DNA of 51,643 nucleotides from a virus (taxonomy: Duplodnaviria; Caudoviricetes): IMG/VR virus record IMGVR_UViG_3300009124_000023, positions 1 through 51,643 of that record. One strand, given 5' to 3'. Shown piece after piece: positions 36,048 to 44,126 of this stretch. A program made the translations under genes and the position numbers. Each line of letters opens with the position of its first letter. Position 1 is the stretch's first letter. The notes under the pieces were generated by a model. That model was not told the origin of the DNA. It worked only from the letters and a program-made list of their open reading frames with translations, and made no database searches.

Positions 36048-37735
36048 AAAGCTTCTCCTGCTTCTCCTTTCAAGTCATCAAAGTCTTCTACTATTTCTGA
36101 TAGACGACCTGTATCACCATCGTAAATTAAACTTGTAGCCAAGCCAACATCACCAGTGTAACGAGACTTTAATATACGCATCCTTGTAGTGCGTGACTCA
36201 TCTGGGTCAGTTGATTGTTGGTTACGTTCAAGGGCAATTACACAATCAGATAACTGAGCAATACTGTTAGACCCTCTCAAATGTGAGAGACTAACTTGTA
36301 TGCCGTTCTCGTGTCCCTTATTACCATCAACACGTCTGAGGTGTGAGACCAGAATAATACCTGCTCCTGTTTCCTCAACCATGCTTCTTAGTCTGGTCAT
36401 AATATTATCAATAGCTCTACGTTCATCACCTTCAGATGTAGCACTTACTAACATGTGAAGATGGTCAACAACCACCCACTTACAACCACAACCGACAATC
36501 ATAAATCTTAACTTACTAAAGATTTCTTCAATGTCATTGGTGCCGAAGTGAGCATGAACCCATACTCTATTTTTATTTTCACCATCATAAAGAATATCAA
36601 ACAGCTTATCTATTTCTTCTTGAGAAAACTGTTCTCTAACTTGGTCAATGTAAAGTCTAGCATTAGCTTCGATGGAAAGAATACCATCAATGGTTCTCCT
36701 CCAATCTTCTTCTAAGGCTATGACACCTACGTTGTCGTTAGTCTGTTTGATGAGCCAGTGTTCTAACTCTCGTGTTACTGATGACTTACCAAGTCCAGTT
36801 CCTCCAGTTACAGTAAGCAACTCACCTTGTCTTATACCATAGAGTTTCTTGTTTAAACCTTCCCAAGGATAAGGAATGCTTTCTTTCTTTTCTCTGTTAT
36901 GAAATTTATCTCTAGCTTCAGAGACATTGATAACTCCACTCGGAGTATAAGTCTTAGCACTCCACCAAGCTTCAACAAACTCTTTATGCTTGTTGTTTTT
37001 GAGCATGTCGTTAGGGTCTTTCCACCCATTCGGCATGGTCATTATCTTACACTTAGATGGTTTAAACAGTCTAGCAACTTTTATGGCAGCTTCGTTACCT
37101 GCTTTATCATTATCAAAAGCAAGGATAACATTCTCAAACTGCTCTAAAAATTCAAGACTTTCTTTGATATCTTTAACAGCACCAGCAGCTCCACGTTTAA
37201 TTGAAACCACTGCCCACTTACTACCAAGCAACTCATAAGCCGCCATTGCATCACATTCACCTTCGGTTACAGTAATGTATTTGCCTGACTTAAATAGTTG
37301 TTGCCCAAACAAACCAGTCTCTTCAAAAGAACCTGAGAGATAAAACCTCTTGTCTTTTGCATACCTAGTTTTGGTAGCACTTAGTTCATGTGCTGTGTAA
37401 TAAGGATAGAAATGTTGAATAACATCTCCAGCTCTATCGTGTAAGACAGTCACACCATATCGTTGTGCTGTTGCCTTACTTATTCTCCTGTCGGTTAAGT
37501 CAGCAAACGTGCCTTGACCAACTGGATTATCATAAGAGGTAGATGTCTTCGGTGTTTCTTTTACAACTTTCATAATCTCTCCATCGAATAAATTATCATA
37601 GTCTTTCATAAATTCACCACAACTAAAACATTTAGCTGAACCATCTTTGTTGACACCAACTGCATCGCTGGAATCACAAAGAGGACAAGGTTGATGAACC
37701 TTATCAAAGCCATTATCCATTGTCGCCCTCATCAT
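36044..37735 (-). CDS. Primase-helicase (T7 gp4-like)
   Basis: Zn finger CPLC...CFSC; TOPRIM EGECD, FDNDKAG; Walker A GGTGLGKS; DHLH; LRGS. Confidence 0.95.
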   Translation of the reverse strand: MMRATMDNGFDKVHQPCPLCDSSDAVGVNKDGSAKCFSCGEFMKDYDNLFDGEIMKVVKETPKTSTSYDNPVGQGTFADLTDRRISKATAQRYGVTVLHDRAGDVIQHFYPYYTAHELSATKTRYAKDKRFYLSGSFEETGLFGQQLFKSGKYITVTEGECDAMAAYELLGSKWAVVSIKRGAAGAVKDIKESLEFLEQFENVILAFDNDKAGNEAAIKVARLFKPSKCKIMTMPNGWKDPNDMLKNNKHKEFVEAWWSAKTYTPSGVINVSEARDKFHNREKKESIPYPWEGLNKKLYGIRQGELLTVTGGTGLGKSSVTRELEHWLIKQTNDNVGVIALEEDWRRTIDGILSIEANARLYIDQVREQFSQEEIDKLFDILYDGENKNRVWVHAHFGTNDIEEIFSKLRFMIVGCGCKWVVVDHLHMLVSATSEGDERRAIDNIMTRLRSMVEETGAGIILVSHLRRVDGNKGHENGIQVSLSHLRGSNSIAQLSDCVIALERNQQSTDPDESRTTRMRILKSRYTGDVGLATSLIYDGDTGRLSEIVEDFDDLKGEAGEAF

Positions 37736-37737
37736 GC

Positions 37738-37977
37738 TTAGCTATCTTTCTTAGCTTTCGAATCAGATTCTTCTTTAGCAGTTTCTTGTTCTACTAAAGC
37801 TTCTTCTGTAAGCAAAGGTCTCAACTCTTCTTGCAACTTATCGTTGGATTTCTGAATTGATATTTGAAACTGATTGTTAAAAGCAATCTGACTTACATAA
37901 GCTTGAACTTGTTGTCTAGCTTGAGGGTCAGTAAGCTTTTCAGTTTCATACGTTTTACCATCAAAATTAATTATCAT
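37738..37977 (-). CDS. Hypothetical protein
   Basis: ORF between SSB and primase; RBS GAGGAG. Confidence 0.7.
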   Translation of the reverse strand: MIINFDGKTYETEKLTDPQARQQVQAYVSQIAFNNQFQISIQKSNDKLQEELRPLLTEEALVEQETAKEESDSKAKKDS

Positions 37978-37979
37978 AA

Positions 37980-38384
37980 TTAAAACTCCTCATTATCAGG
38001 GTCTTGTTCCCCATACTCAACTAACTTAGTTACCTTCACAGCTACTAGCTCTGCAAATGTACCGAAGTCATTTGAATAAGATTTAAATTTAACAGTCACT
38101 TCACTACCATTACCAACCAAAGTATCTAAGTCATTACCATCGGTATCGACTAGCCTAGGTGCTGGATTGGTAGCTCCATCTCTGTTAGCTACACGCTTCG
38201 CAAATTTGAATGCTGGTTGGTCATACTTCTCTTGTCCAGATTTATCTCTGACACGAGAAAGACCCATACCTTCAAGCCTATCTGCTTCTGCTTCATCAGT
38301 CAATAAGTATATAACATACTGACCGAACTTATTAGGAGTGGACACACTAGCCCACATCGCATTTCCGTTAGCATATTCTGCCAT
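37980..38384 (-). CDS. Single-stranded DNA-binding protein (T7 gp2.5-like)
   Basis: WASV..PN, PRLVD...VGNGSEVTV, LVEYG, acidic tail ending in F. Confidence 0.8.
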   Translation of the reverse strand: MAEYANGNAMWASVSTPNKFGQYVIYLLTDEAEADRLEGMGLSRVRDKSGQEKYDQPAFKFAKRVANRDGATNPAPRLVDTDGNDLDTLVGNGSEVTVKFKSYSNDFGTFAELVAVKVTKLVEYGEQDPDNEEF

Positions 38385-38458
38385 ATTTATAATCCTCCAT
38401 TAGATTAATTTACTGCAAAAGTCTAGCACATTTTTGCTCATTTGTAAAATATTTGTTT

Positions 38459-38641
38459 GAAAAAAAGAATGCCTGTTTGAGGTATGGACAGGCTGCCATT
38501 CAAGCAGATTTGAGTAACACACAGAGAGGTTATAATTAATACGAGGGCGATGTGTTACACCTCTAAAAAAATCGTGACTAGGATTTAAGGGAGATTTAAT
38601 ATGAATAAACATTGGTGTTCTCCTTAGGCTATCCTAGCCAC
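38459..38641 (-). other. Three consecutive hairpins in the non-coding leader of ssb
   Basis: Stems 38471-76/38488-93, 38514-21/38551-58 and 38574-84/38631-41. Confidence 0.55.
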
Positions 38642-38761
38642 AAACTAAAAGCAAGGGGTTGTTCATATAGAGTAGCGTAGTCTTTAGTTAAAAAGTCAAA
38701 CTCTCTAAACAGGATTGTTCCTTTAAGTCCCATCCTCTTCTTAGGACACCTTGCAAACTGT

Positions 38762-39244
38762 TTAAACACTCCACCAAATGGGTCTGGCTCTGCCCTTCTC
38801 CCATTTAGCATAGTGCTTCTCATGTATGACATAATCTCTATATGCCAATACAGGGTCTTGTTTCTTATATTGGTCTGGCATTGCTAAGGCAACAGGGGTC
38901 ATATCTGTTTGAGATATGTTTACAGGAGTTCTCGACAATGCCACTACCAATCTTTTACATGCGTGTTCTTTAGTGTATCTGTATTCATATTCGTCTAACA
39001 AGCTGGTAAAGTGTTTAAACAACCAGTTATAATTACTAGACGATGCTCTTGCCCAAACTGTGCAAGGATGATTCTTATATGCTTCTTTGTATAACCCTAC
39101 CTCATCGGCATACTCATTACCATCCAACACTCTATGAGCTGTGCAAAGCATTTGTGCAGTTTCTAATACCATCTTGACTAACATCTTATCGGGTTGTGAA
39201 ATTGCTGCAACCTTTGCATTTGTATCTGTAAAAAATATATTCAT
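38762..39244 (-). CDS. Pyrimidine dimer DNA glycosylase / endonuclease V family
   Basis: MNIF...DKMLVKMVLETAQML...YK..YKNHPCTVWAR...AMPD.YK. Confidence 0.85.
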   Translation of the reverse strand: MNIFFTDTNAKVAAISQPDKMLVKMVLETAQMLCTAHRVLDGNEYADEVGLYKEAYKNHPCTVWARASSSNYNWLFKHFTSLLDEYEYRYTKEHACKRLVVALSRTPVNISQTDMTPVALAMPDQYKKQDPVLAYRDYVIHEKHYAKWEKGRARPIWWSV

Positions 39245-39486
39245 TGTGTTACTTCACTTAACAGTGGTTCAACCAAATCAAACACACCATCATCAAACAA
39301 GAATAAAATATTACCATTGTTTGTAATGTGAGTATTATAAGTAATCTTGTCATCATAGTCAAACTCTTCTTCCAACCTTTGCTTAAATTTTTCAGCATTC
39401 TTTGGAGTCAAAGACCAAGCATACTGAATAGGTGCTTCAGGATGTTCTTCGTGATATGTGCCTCTGTAACCCTCTACTTCACTCAT
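39241..39486 (-). CDS. Hypothetical early protein
   Basis: Coupled ORF. Confidence 0.7.
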   Translation of the reverse strand: MSEVEGYRGTYHEEHPEAPIQYAWSLTPKNAEKFKQRLEEEFDYDDKITYNTHITNNGNILFLFDDGVFDLVEPLLSEVTQ

Positions 39487-39758
39487 GCCGCACCTATTTG
39501 TTCTGCCATATCATTGATATCTTTGTTTGAGATAGAATCAATAGCTTGTTTAGATAAAAACCTTATCATAGATTTATAGATAAACATATCGTTTATAGTT
39601 GTCGGAGTTGTCAATGCTTCTTCAGTAACAAACTCTAAGCAATCGTTAAGCAAATCTTTTCTTTCAAATAAAACCCACTCGTCTTTAACAACATCTACTA
39701 CTCGTTCTTTAATTTGTGTATTCACATCATTACTCATTATCGTTCTCCGTAAAATCAA
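39483..39758 (-). CDS. Hypothetical early protein (start probably at MSNDV)
   Basis: Coupled ORF with GGAG upstream of the internal ATG. Confidence 0.65.
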   Translation of the reverse strand: MILRRTIMSNDVNTQIKERVVDVVKDEWVLFERKDLLNDCLEFVTEEALTTPTTINDMFIYKSMIRFLSKQAIDSISNKDINDMAEQIGAA

Positions 39759-39915
39759 ATTTCATTTCATACATTTCTTCAAATATCTTTTTACCTTCTG
39801 TAAAAGATAATTCTTTTTCACCATATATATATCTTTCTTCGTTAGTTAATTGTAACCAATAACTAAAGTTCTGATAAGGTGTTAATTTATCATCCCATTT
39901 CCAAACTTTATCCAT
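39730..39915 (-). CDS. Hypothetical early protein
   Basis: Strong RBS AAGGAGG. Confidence 0.7.
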   Translation of the reverse strand: MDKVWKWDDKLTPYQNFSYWLQLTNEERYIYGEKELSFTEGKKIFEEMYEMKFDFTENDNE

Positions 39916-39938
39916 CGTTTAAACCTCCTTAAAGTTTA

Positions 39939-40010
39939 TATTATAAGTATTATAAATATTATAAGTATTATAAATATTATAAGTATTATAAGTATTATAA
40001 ATATTATAAC
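39939..40010. repeat. Tandem 9-bp repeat TATTATAA(G/A/C) x8 in an almost pure-AT tract
   Basis: Read directly; the AT tract extends to ~40072. Confidence 0.9.
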
Positions 40011-40082
40011 ATATATTATAAATAATATTTATATTAATATTATAATCATTATTATTATTTATATTATAATATCTTGTAAGAT

Positions 40083-40111
40083 AGGGTAGCATTTTTTAAA
40101 ACAAAAGTCAA
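40083..40111 (-). promoter_or_regulatory. Sigma70-like promoter
   Basis: TTGACT-N17-TACCCT with extended TG. Confidence 0.55.
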
Positions 40112-40335
40112 GAAATTAATCTACTTTTTTTCTTCCTGTCTTGCCACCAAGTTAGCTTCAGTTTAAATTTGAGGTTAAGTTCCTCGTTTTCACACCAATC
40201 TCTAACAAAGTATGCCCACTTCCTACCTTCGTAGACATCAAATAATTTATAACCACAAGGCACATTACGACCTTCGTTGCCATAAAAATATATTTGATAT
40301 CTACCTATACACTTCATAATAATTTCAATACCCAA
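40108..40335 (-). CDS. Hypothetical early protein (start probably MKCIG at 40317)
   Basis: ORF in the early cluster. Confidence 0.6.
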   Translation of the reverse strand: MGIEIIMKCIGRYQIYFYGNEGRNVPCGYKLFDVYEGRKWAYFVRDWCENEELNLKFKLKLTWWQDRKKKSRLIS

Positions 40336-40502
40336 TTCTCTGCCACATCTTCAGCATAGCTTTCTGAATGGTCATAACATTCCACAGTTCTGATATAATC
40401 ATCACCTTTGTAAAGCCTTACACAATACCCATTAGTGGTTTTCATTACATCAGCATTCCTCTTATGAGGCTCTCCATATTTCGATACAAGTTCAACTTTC
40501 AT
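40314..40502 (-). CDS. Hypothetical early protein (HSESYAEDVAENWV motif)
   Basis: RBS GGAGG; conserved-looking C-terminal motif. Confidence 0.7.
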   Translation of the reverse strand: MKVELVSKYGEPHKRNADVMKTTNGYCVRLYKGDDYIRTVECYDHSESYAEDVAENWVLKLL

Positions 40503-40800
40503 TGTATTCTTCCTCCAATTTTAAAATTACAAAGTCAAGAAAGGACTGTTTAAACATGTCCATATCCCAACCCCTTCTAGTATGTGTAACAAATTCCAAG
40601 ATTAAATCGTTAGAAACCTTAACACTCTTGCCAAGTTCTGCCATTCTCTCTCGTACACTTGCTACATCTACTGCCCAAATAACTCTCGCTGAGTTGTTGT
40701 CTTCCCAATCTGACAAGCCTTGCCAATCTGGATTCGTTCTGCGTTTCTCAAACTTTGTCATCATTATCTTTAAAAGCCCATAGAGTAATATCTGTTTCAA
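40492..40800 (-). CDS. Hypothetical early protein (start probably at MMTKF)
   Basis: Coupled ORF. Confidence 0.6.
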   Translation of the reverse strand: MKQILLYGLLKIMMTKFEKRRTNPDWQGLSDWEDNNSARVIWAVDVASVRERMAELGKSVKVSNDLILEFVTHTRRGWDMDMFKQSFLDFVILKLEEEYNES

Positions 40801-40933
40801 AGTTTAGTTCATAACTTTTCTTACCTATCTCAATCGTTGGATAATCAATAACGCTAACTTTGGTATCAAGTTCTGTACTAATATATCTAATGATTGCTTC
40901 TGTTACTTCCTCGCCATCTAATTTAATTCTCAT
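40748..40933 (-). CDS. Hypothetical early protein
   Basis: RBS AGGAGGTG. Confidence 0.65.
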   Translation of the reverse strand: MRIKLDGEEVTEAIIRYISTELDTKVSVIDYPTIEIGKKSYELNFETDITLWAFKDNDDKV

Positions 40934-41106
40934 TTCACCTCCTGCTTGTAATCTTTTAATGCCATATCAATAGCTGTTTCTGGTCTACCATCAATAGGAA
41001 AATACCAATCTCTGAAACCTTTGGGATATTTCAAGCCTCTAATTTTAACTGTAAAGGCAATAGGTTTCCCTTTGTTGTGAGCTACCTTAGCTATTTTAAC
41101 TTTCAT
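40930..41106 (-). CDS. Hypothetical early protein (58 aa, MKVKIAKVAHNKG...), not in ORF track
   Basis: Hand translation; RBS GAGGAGGT; ATGA overlap with the next gene. Confidence 0.7.
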   Translation of the reverse strand: MKVKIAKVAHNKGKPIAFTVKIRGLKYPKGFRDWYFPIDGRPETAIDMALKDYKQEVK

Positions 41107-41278
41107 TAGTTACCTCCTCAATACCAAATTCTAGATAAACATTCTCATCTAAATCATCTAACCAGACATCTTGCACTTCATACCAGACCTCCTCACCATC
41201 TTCGTTCTGAGTTAGAAGCTCAACAGAAGCTTTAGGATTACAGTCTTTTAAGTAATCTAATAATTGTTTAACTCTCAT
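41096..41278 (-). CDS. Hypothetical early protein (MRVKQLLDYL...)
   Basis: RBS AGGAGGAG supports the start at 41278 rather than 41359. Confidence 0.65.
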   Translation of the reverse strand: MRVKQLLDYLKDCNPKASVELLTQNEDGEEVWYEVQDVWLDDLDENVYLEFGIEEVTNES

Positions 41279-41426
41279 TATTCTCCTCCTCATAACAAAC
41301 ACCACAAAGCATTGCATCTTTAGGCACTTCATTAATAGTTTTATAACCTTTACTTTCATAATTGTTATAGTCGGTTATATAATCAGCTTTATAACCACAC
41401 TCGTTGCAACAACCTCTACTCATCAT
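41268..41426 (-). CDS. Small Zn-ribbon protein (52 aa; CNEC...CGVC), not in ORF track
   Basis: Hand translation; RBS GAGGAGGTG. Confidence 0.65.
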   Translation of the reverse strand: MMSRGCCNECGYKADYITDYNNYESKGYKTINEVPKDAMLCGVCYEEENNES

Positions 41427-41508
41427 TCACCTCCTCTTTGTTATCTTCTCCTACGATACCTTTAACAATCATATCAACGTAGTCATCAATTACTTTATCA
41501 TCAATCAT
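41416..41508 (-). CDS. Possible 30-aa acidic peptide (MIDDKVIDDYVDMIVKG...)
   Basis: Hand translation; RBS GGAGG; ATGA coupling. Confidence 0.45.
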   Translation of the reverse strand: MIDDKVIDDYVDMIVKGIVGEDNKEEVNDE

Positions 41509-41756
41509 ACTGCCTCCGTTAAGACCTTGCAAGAATCATCAACAATATTGTCTAAACTAAATCTCTTTGTCTGACCTGTGCCAACTTCTCTTGCTGTGAT
41601 ATACTCTGGATGTATCTCTCTGACCGATACTAGCCGTTGAGATATCTCCTCAATCTCGTCATACTTGACATACCTAAAAGATAACAAAACGCTATCAATA
41701 TCTACATTGCTATACAAAGCTTGTGCAATCGCATATTCGTTTTTAGTTAGTTCCAT
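41505..41756 (-). CDS. Hypothetical early protein (WYL/SH3-like motif ...KRFSLDNI)
   Basis: RBS AGGAGG; FRYVK...QRLV...TKRFSLDNI resembles WYL-type folds (weak). Confidence 0.65.
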   Translation of the reverse strand: MELTKNEYAIAQALYSNVDIDSVLLSFRYVKYDEIEEISQRLVSVREIHPEYITAREVGTGQTKRFSLDNIVDDSCKVLTEAV

Positions 41757-41913
41757 TCTTCCTCCTTACAACATAACCTTGATTATTTATTTTATACTCT
41801 TTTAATTGTTGCCAAGTCAAGCCACCCATATAAATATTAGAATACTTATCTTCAGCATTCACTTTAAAATTTACAAAATATTTTTTGCCCTGATAGTAAT
41901 AAAAATCTATCAT
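41743..41913 (-). CDS. Hypothetical early protein (MIDFYYY...)
   Basis: RBS GGAGGT upstream of 41913. Confidence 0.6.
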   Translation of the reverse strand: MIDFYYYQGKKYFVNFKVNAEDKYSNIYMGGLTWQQLKEYKINNQGYVVRRKNGTN

Positions 41914-41946
41914 GTTACACCTCCGTTTAAACACCCTCAAAAAACT

Positions 41947-42053
41947 TTGGCTCAGTCGTGAGATAATTAAAGGCTATCTCGTTACCCCCATTGAAACCTA
42001 TCAATGGCTCGAAATTATTTGAGGATAAATCTCCATTTAAATAACTGAGCCAA
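41947..42053 (-). ncRNA. Candidate multi-branched structured RNA
   Basis: Perfect 10-bp closing stem TTGGCTCAGT/ACTGAGCCAA enclosing three hairpins; intergenic. Confidence 0.55.
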
Positions 42054-42169
42054 GCCCTCAACCCTTTTGAATATACAGTAGAGCTGAACTGTAAGACTAA
42101 ATAATATTAGTATGATTTTATTTAATAACCTCTAGAAAATATTGTCAAGCCTTTGTCAAAATTAATATA

Positions 42170-42185
42170 CTGTTATTTTATACAG
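42170..42185. promoter_or_regulatory. LexA (SOS) box, Gamma/Beta-proteobacterial type
   Basis: taCTGTtattttatACAGta. Confidence 0.7.
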
Positions 42186-42252
42186 TAGTGTTTAAACACT
42201 TGCCAAGTTATAGAGTTAGCCTGTTTAAACACCTTATAAAAATTTATACAAT

Positions 42253-42291
42253 AAAAAAAGGGCTACCCAAAAAATGATAAAAGGATAGCCC
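42253..42291 (-). terminator. Intrinsic terminator
   Basis: GGGCTATCC...GGGTAGCCC then T7 on the minus strand. Confidence 0.75.
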
Positions 42292-42302
42292 AAGGGGAGA
42301 TA

Positions 42303-42704
42303 CTATATATTATCTATATAAGGCGATAAATCTAGCTTATCGTTATCGTAATCTCTGCCGTATTTGTGGTCATATTTACCACCTCGCCAAATATAATCCT
42401 TCATACTAGATGGTTTTGGTATGCCTTCACTTTTAAATATCTGTTTCTCAGCTTGGCTTGGTGTCATCTCGCCCTGTTGCAGTTTTTCTAAAAGTTCTGT
42501 TCTTTCGCCAATAGGCAAAAAGAAATAGGCAGTATCAAGCATAAGACCAAAAGCTTTAGTAAACTCATGGTACTCTGCATTCGTTATATTTAAATCCTCT
42601 TTGTTAAGTATGTATTGCAATATATCTTCTGTTAAAGCTAACAGTTTGATATTGTCTACACATCCTTGCTCGAATTTATCTTTAATAAACTTTCTTTTCA
42701 TCAT
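42303..42704 (-). CDS. Hypothetical early protein
   Basis: 133-aa ORF with RBS AAGGGG. Confidence 0.7.
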   Translation of the reverse strand: MMKRKFIKDKFEQGCVDNIKLLALTEDILQYILNKEDLNITNAEYHEFTKAFGLMLDTAYFFLPIGERTELLEKLQQGEMTPSQAEKQIFKSEGIPKPSSMKDYIWRGGKYDHKYGRDYDNDKLDLSPYIDNI

Positions 42705-42712
42705 TAACCCCT

Positions 42713-42937
42713 TTAATACCTGTCTACACCTTCGTTATATAAACTTAGGTCTTCTACATACACATCTTTTACCTGTGGGAAACAATCATAGCAATAAAAA
42801 ACAGTTTCAAACTCTGTCATTTTTACTGCTCCATTTTTGTAATGGTCGTAGCGTTTCCAATCGTTCCAATCTGAATTATTAGATTGACTTTCTAAGACTC
42901 CCCCCTTTGGGGTTGCCTTGCAATTTTCGCAATGCAT
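42713..42937 (-). CDS. Small Zn-ribbon protein (CENC...CYDC)
   Basis: Two CxxC pairs. Confidence 0.65.
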   Translation of the reverse strand: MHCENCKATPKGGVLESQSNNSDWNDWKRYDHYKNGAVKMTEFETVFYCYDCFPQVKDVYVEDLSLYNEGVDRY

Positions 42938-42955
42938 GTTTAAACACCCCCTTAG

Positions 42956-43249
42956 TTAAACTTTATTTAAATTAGTTAGAGTAAAAACCCCGTCTTCTAT
43001 CAACTCTAATACTTTCTTTTTGTTGAGGTCGTATCCCCACTGACTTAAGAAATTATATAAATGCTTCATTGTAGTTCTGGAATAGTCCCAATAATATTCA
43101 TCTAAATATACGGCACTATCCTCAGCTCTAACTTGAGCAATGATAGAATTATAACTTTGAAAGAATGTAGAATTATCAGTATCTACAATCTCAAATTGGT
43201 TGGCAACTTTGTTACCATTCGCATTAGTAATATTTTTAACTTTAATCAT
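42956..43249 (-). CDS. Conserved phage early protein
   Basis: NQF...FQSYNSIIA...WDYSRTTMKH motif common in phage early regions. Confidence 0.75.
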   Translation of the reverse strand: MIKVKNITNANGNKVANQFEIVDTDNSTFFQSYNSIIAQVRAEDSAVYLDEYYWDYSRTTMKHLYNFLSQWGYDLNKKKVLELIEDGVFTLTNLNKV

Positions 43250-43282
43250 TTTAAAACCTCTCTTAAATAATTAATATTATTT

Positions 43283-43311
43283 ATAGTCAGTCATTGGTTA
43301 GGAAATGTCAA
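43283..43311 (-). promoter_or_regulatory. Sigma70-like promoter
   Basis: TTGACA-N17-GACTAT upstream of the 43249 ORF. Confidence 0.55.
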
Positions 43312-43450
43312 GCAATATTTTAATTATTTTTTTGTGACAATTTGCTAAAAATACTTGACTTTTCTAAAACTTATTTAAATTTGTTTTTAATGCTAAGGTA
43401 TGGCAAAGCTTAAAAATTGCTTAGAGAGCAAATAAGAAGCTTTTAGAATG

Positions 43451-43466
43451 CTGTATATGCATACAG
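43451..43466. promoter_or_regulatory. LexA (SOS) box
   Basis: tgCTGTatatgcatACAGta. Confidence 0.75.
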
Positions 43467-43499
43467 TATGTTTAAACAGTCTAACCAGAAACAAGGGAC

Positions 43500-43527
43500 A
43501 AAAAAAACCCCCATATTTCAGGGGGTT
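43500..43527 (-). terminator. Intrinsic terminator
   Basis: AACCCCC-N8-GGGGGTT then a T-run on the minus strand. Confidence 0.8.
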
Positions 43528-43547
43528 AGTTTAGGGGATGGTATTAC

Positions 43548-44126
43548 TTAGAGTTCGGGGATTAGTTCACTCTCTAAGCATGAGGGACAGTCCCAATTGT
43601 TAACCCTTGCAATGTTAGCCCTTGAAGTCCTAAAGGAAAACTCACAAGAACTACAAGCAACCTTTATATTCCGAACTGTTTGCTTTTTCCTGTTGCTCAA
43701 ATCTACTTGAGCATGAGGATACTTCCCAAGCTTTTTAGATATTGCTTCTAATTGCTCCGTCAGTTCTTCACCGGCTACTGTTGCCGTCATCTTGCCTTCA
43801 AGTCCTATGGCTAGGGCTATTTTTCTAAACAATCCCTTATGTCCACTTTTACAATCATCAATAGCGTGGATTAGTTCATGCGTTAAGACATCCAACACCC
43901 TTATTGAATCATCCAAAGACGGACTGATATTTATTTCATTCACTCCAGCTTTGCTCAAGGCTCGAGGGAAACAAGTCCCTAGGGTTCTAGACTTTTGCCC
44001 AGCGTTGCCAGATGGTGACCAACTGCAAGAGATTTTCACATCCTTTGGCACTTCATACCCATGCTGTTTAAACACTTGCGAATTCAAAAGCTTTGATGCT
44101 TTTGTTAAATATTCTTCTCTATTCAT
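43548..44126 (-). CDS. SprT-like Zn metalloprotease with C-terminal Zn ribbon
   Basis: LTHELIHA (HExxH), GHKGLF, CSSC...CPSC. Confidence 0.8.
   Translation of the reverse strand: MNREEYLTKASKLLNSQVFKQHGYEVPKDVKISCSWSPSGNAGQKSRTLGTCFPRALSKAGVNEINISPSLDDSIRVLDVLTHELIHAIDDCKSGHKGLFRKIALAIGLEGKMTATVAGEELTEQLEAISKKLGKYPHAQVDLSNRKKQTVRNIKVACSSCEFSFRTSRANIARVNNWDCPSCLESELIPEL

Noticed and set aside
38400-38832. ORFs 38400..38612 and 38629..38832
   Set aside because: No clear RBS; they overlap hairpins or the glycosylase gene, and structured RNA explains the region better. Not fully excluded.
39939-40010. CRISPR array
   Set aside because: Contiguous 9-bp units without spacers; the Cas4-like nuclease is a common stand-alone phage exonuclease.
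41947-42053. tRNA or hammerhead ribozyme
   Set aside because: No TTCRA T-loop, CCA end or CUGANGA core in the right context.
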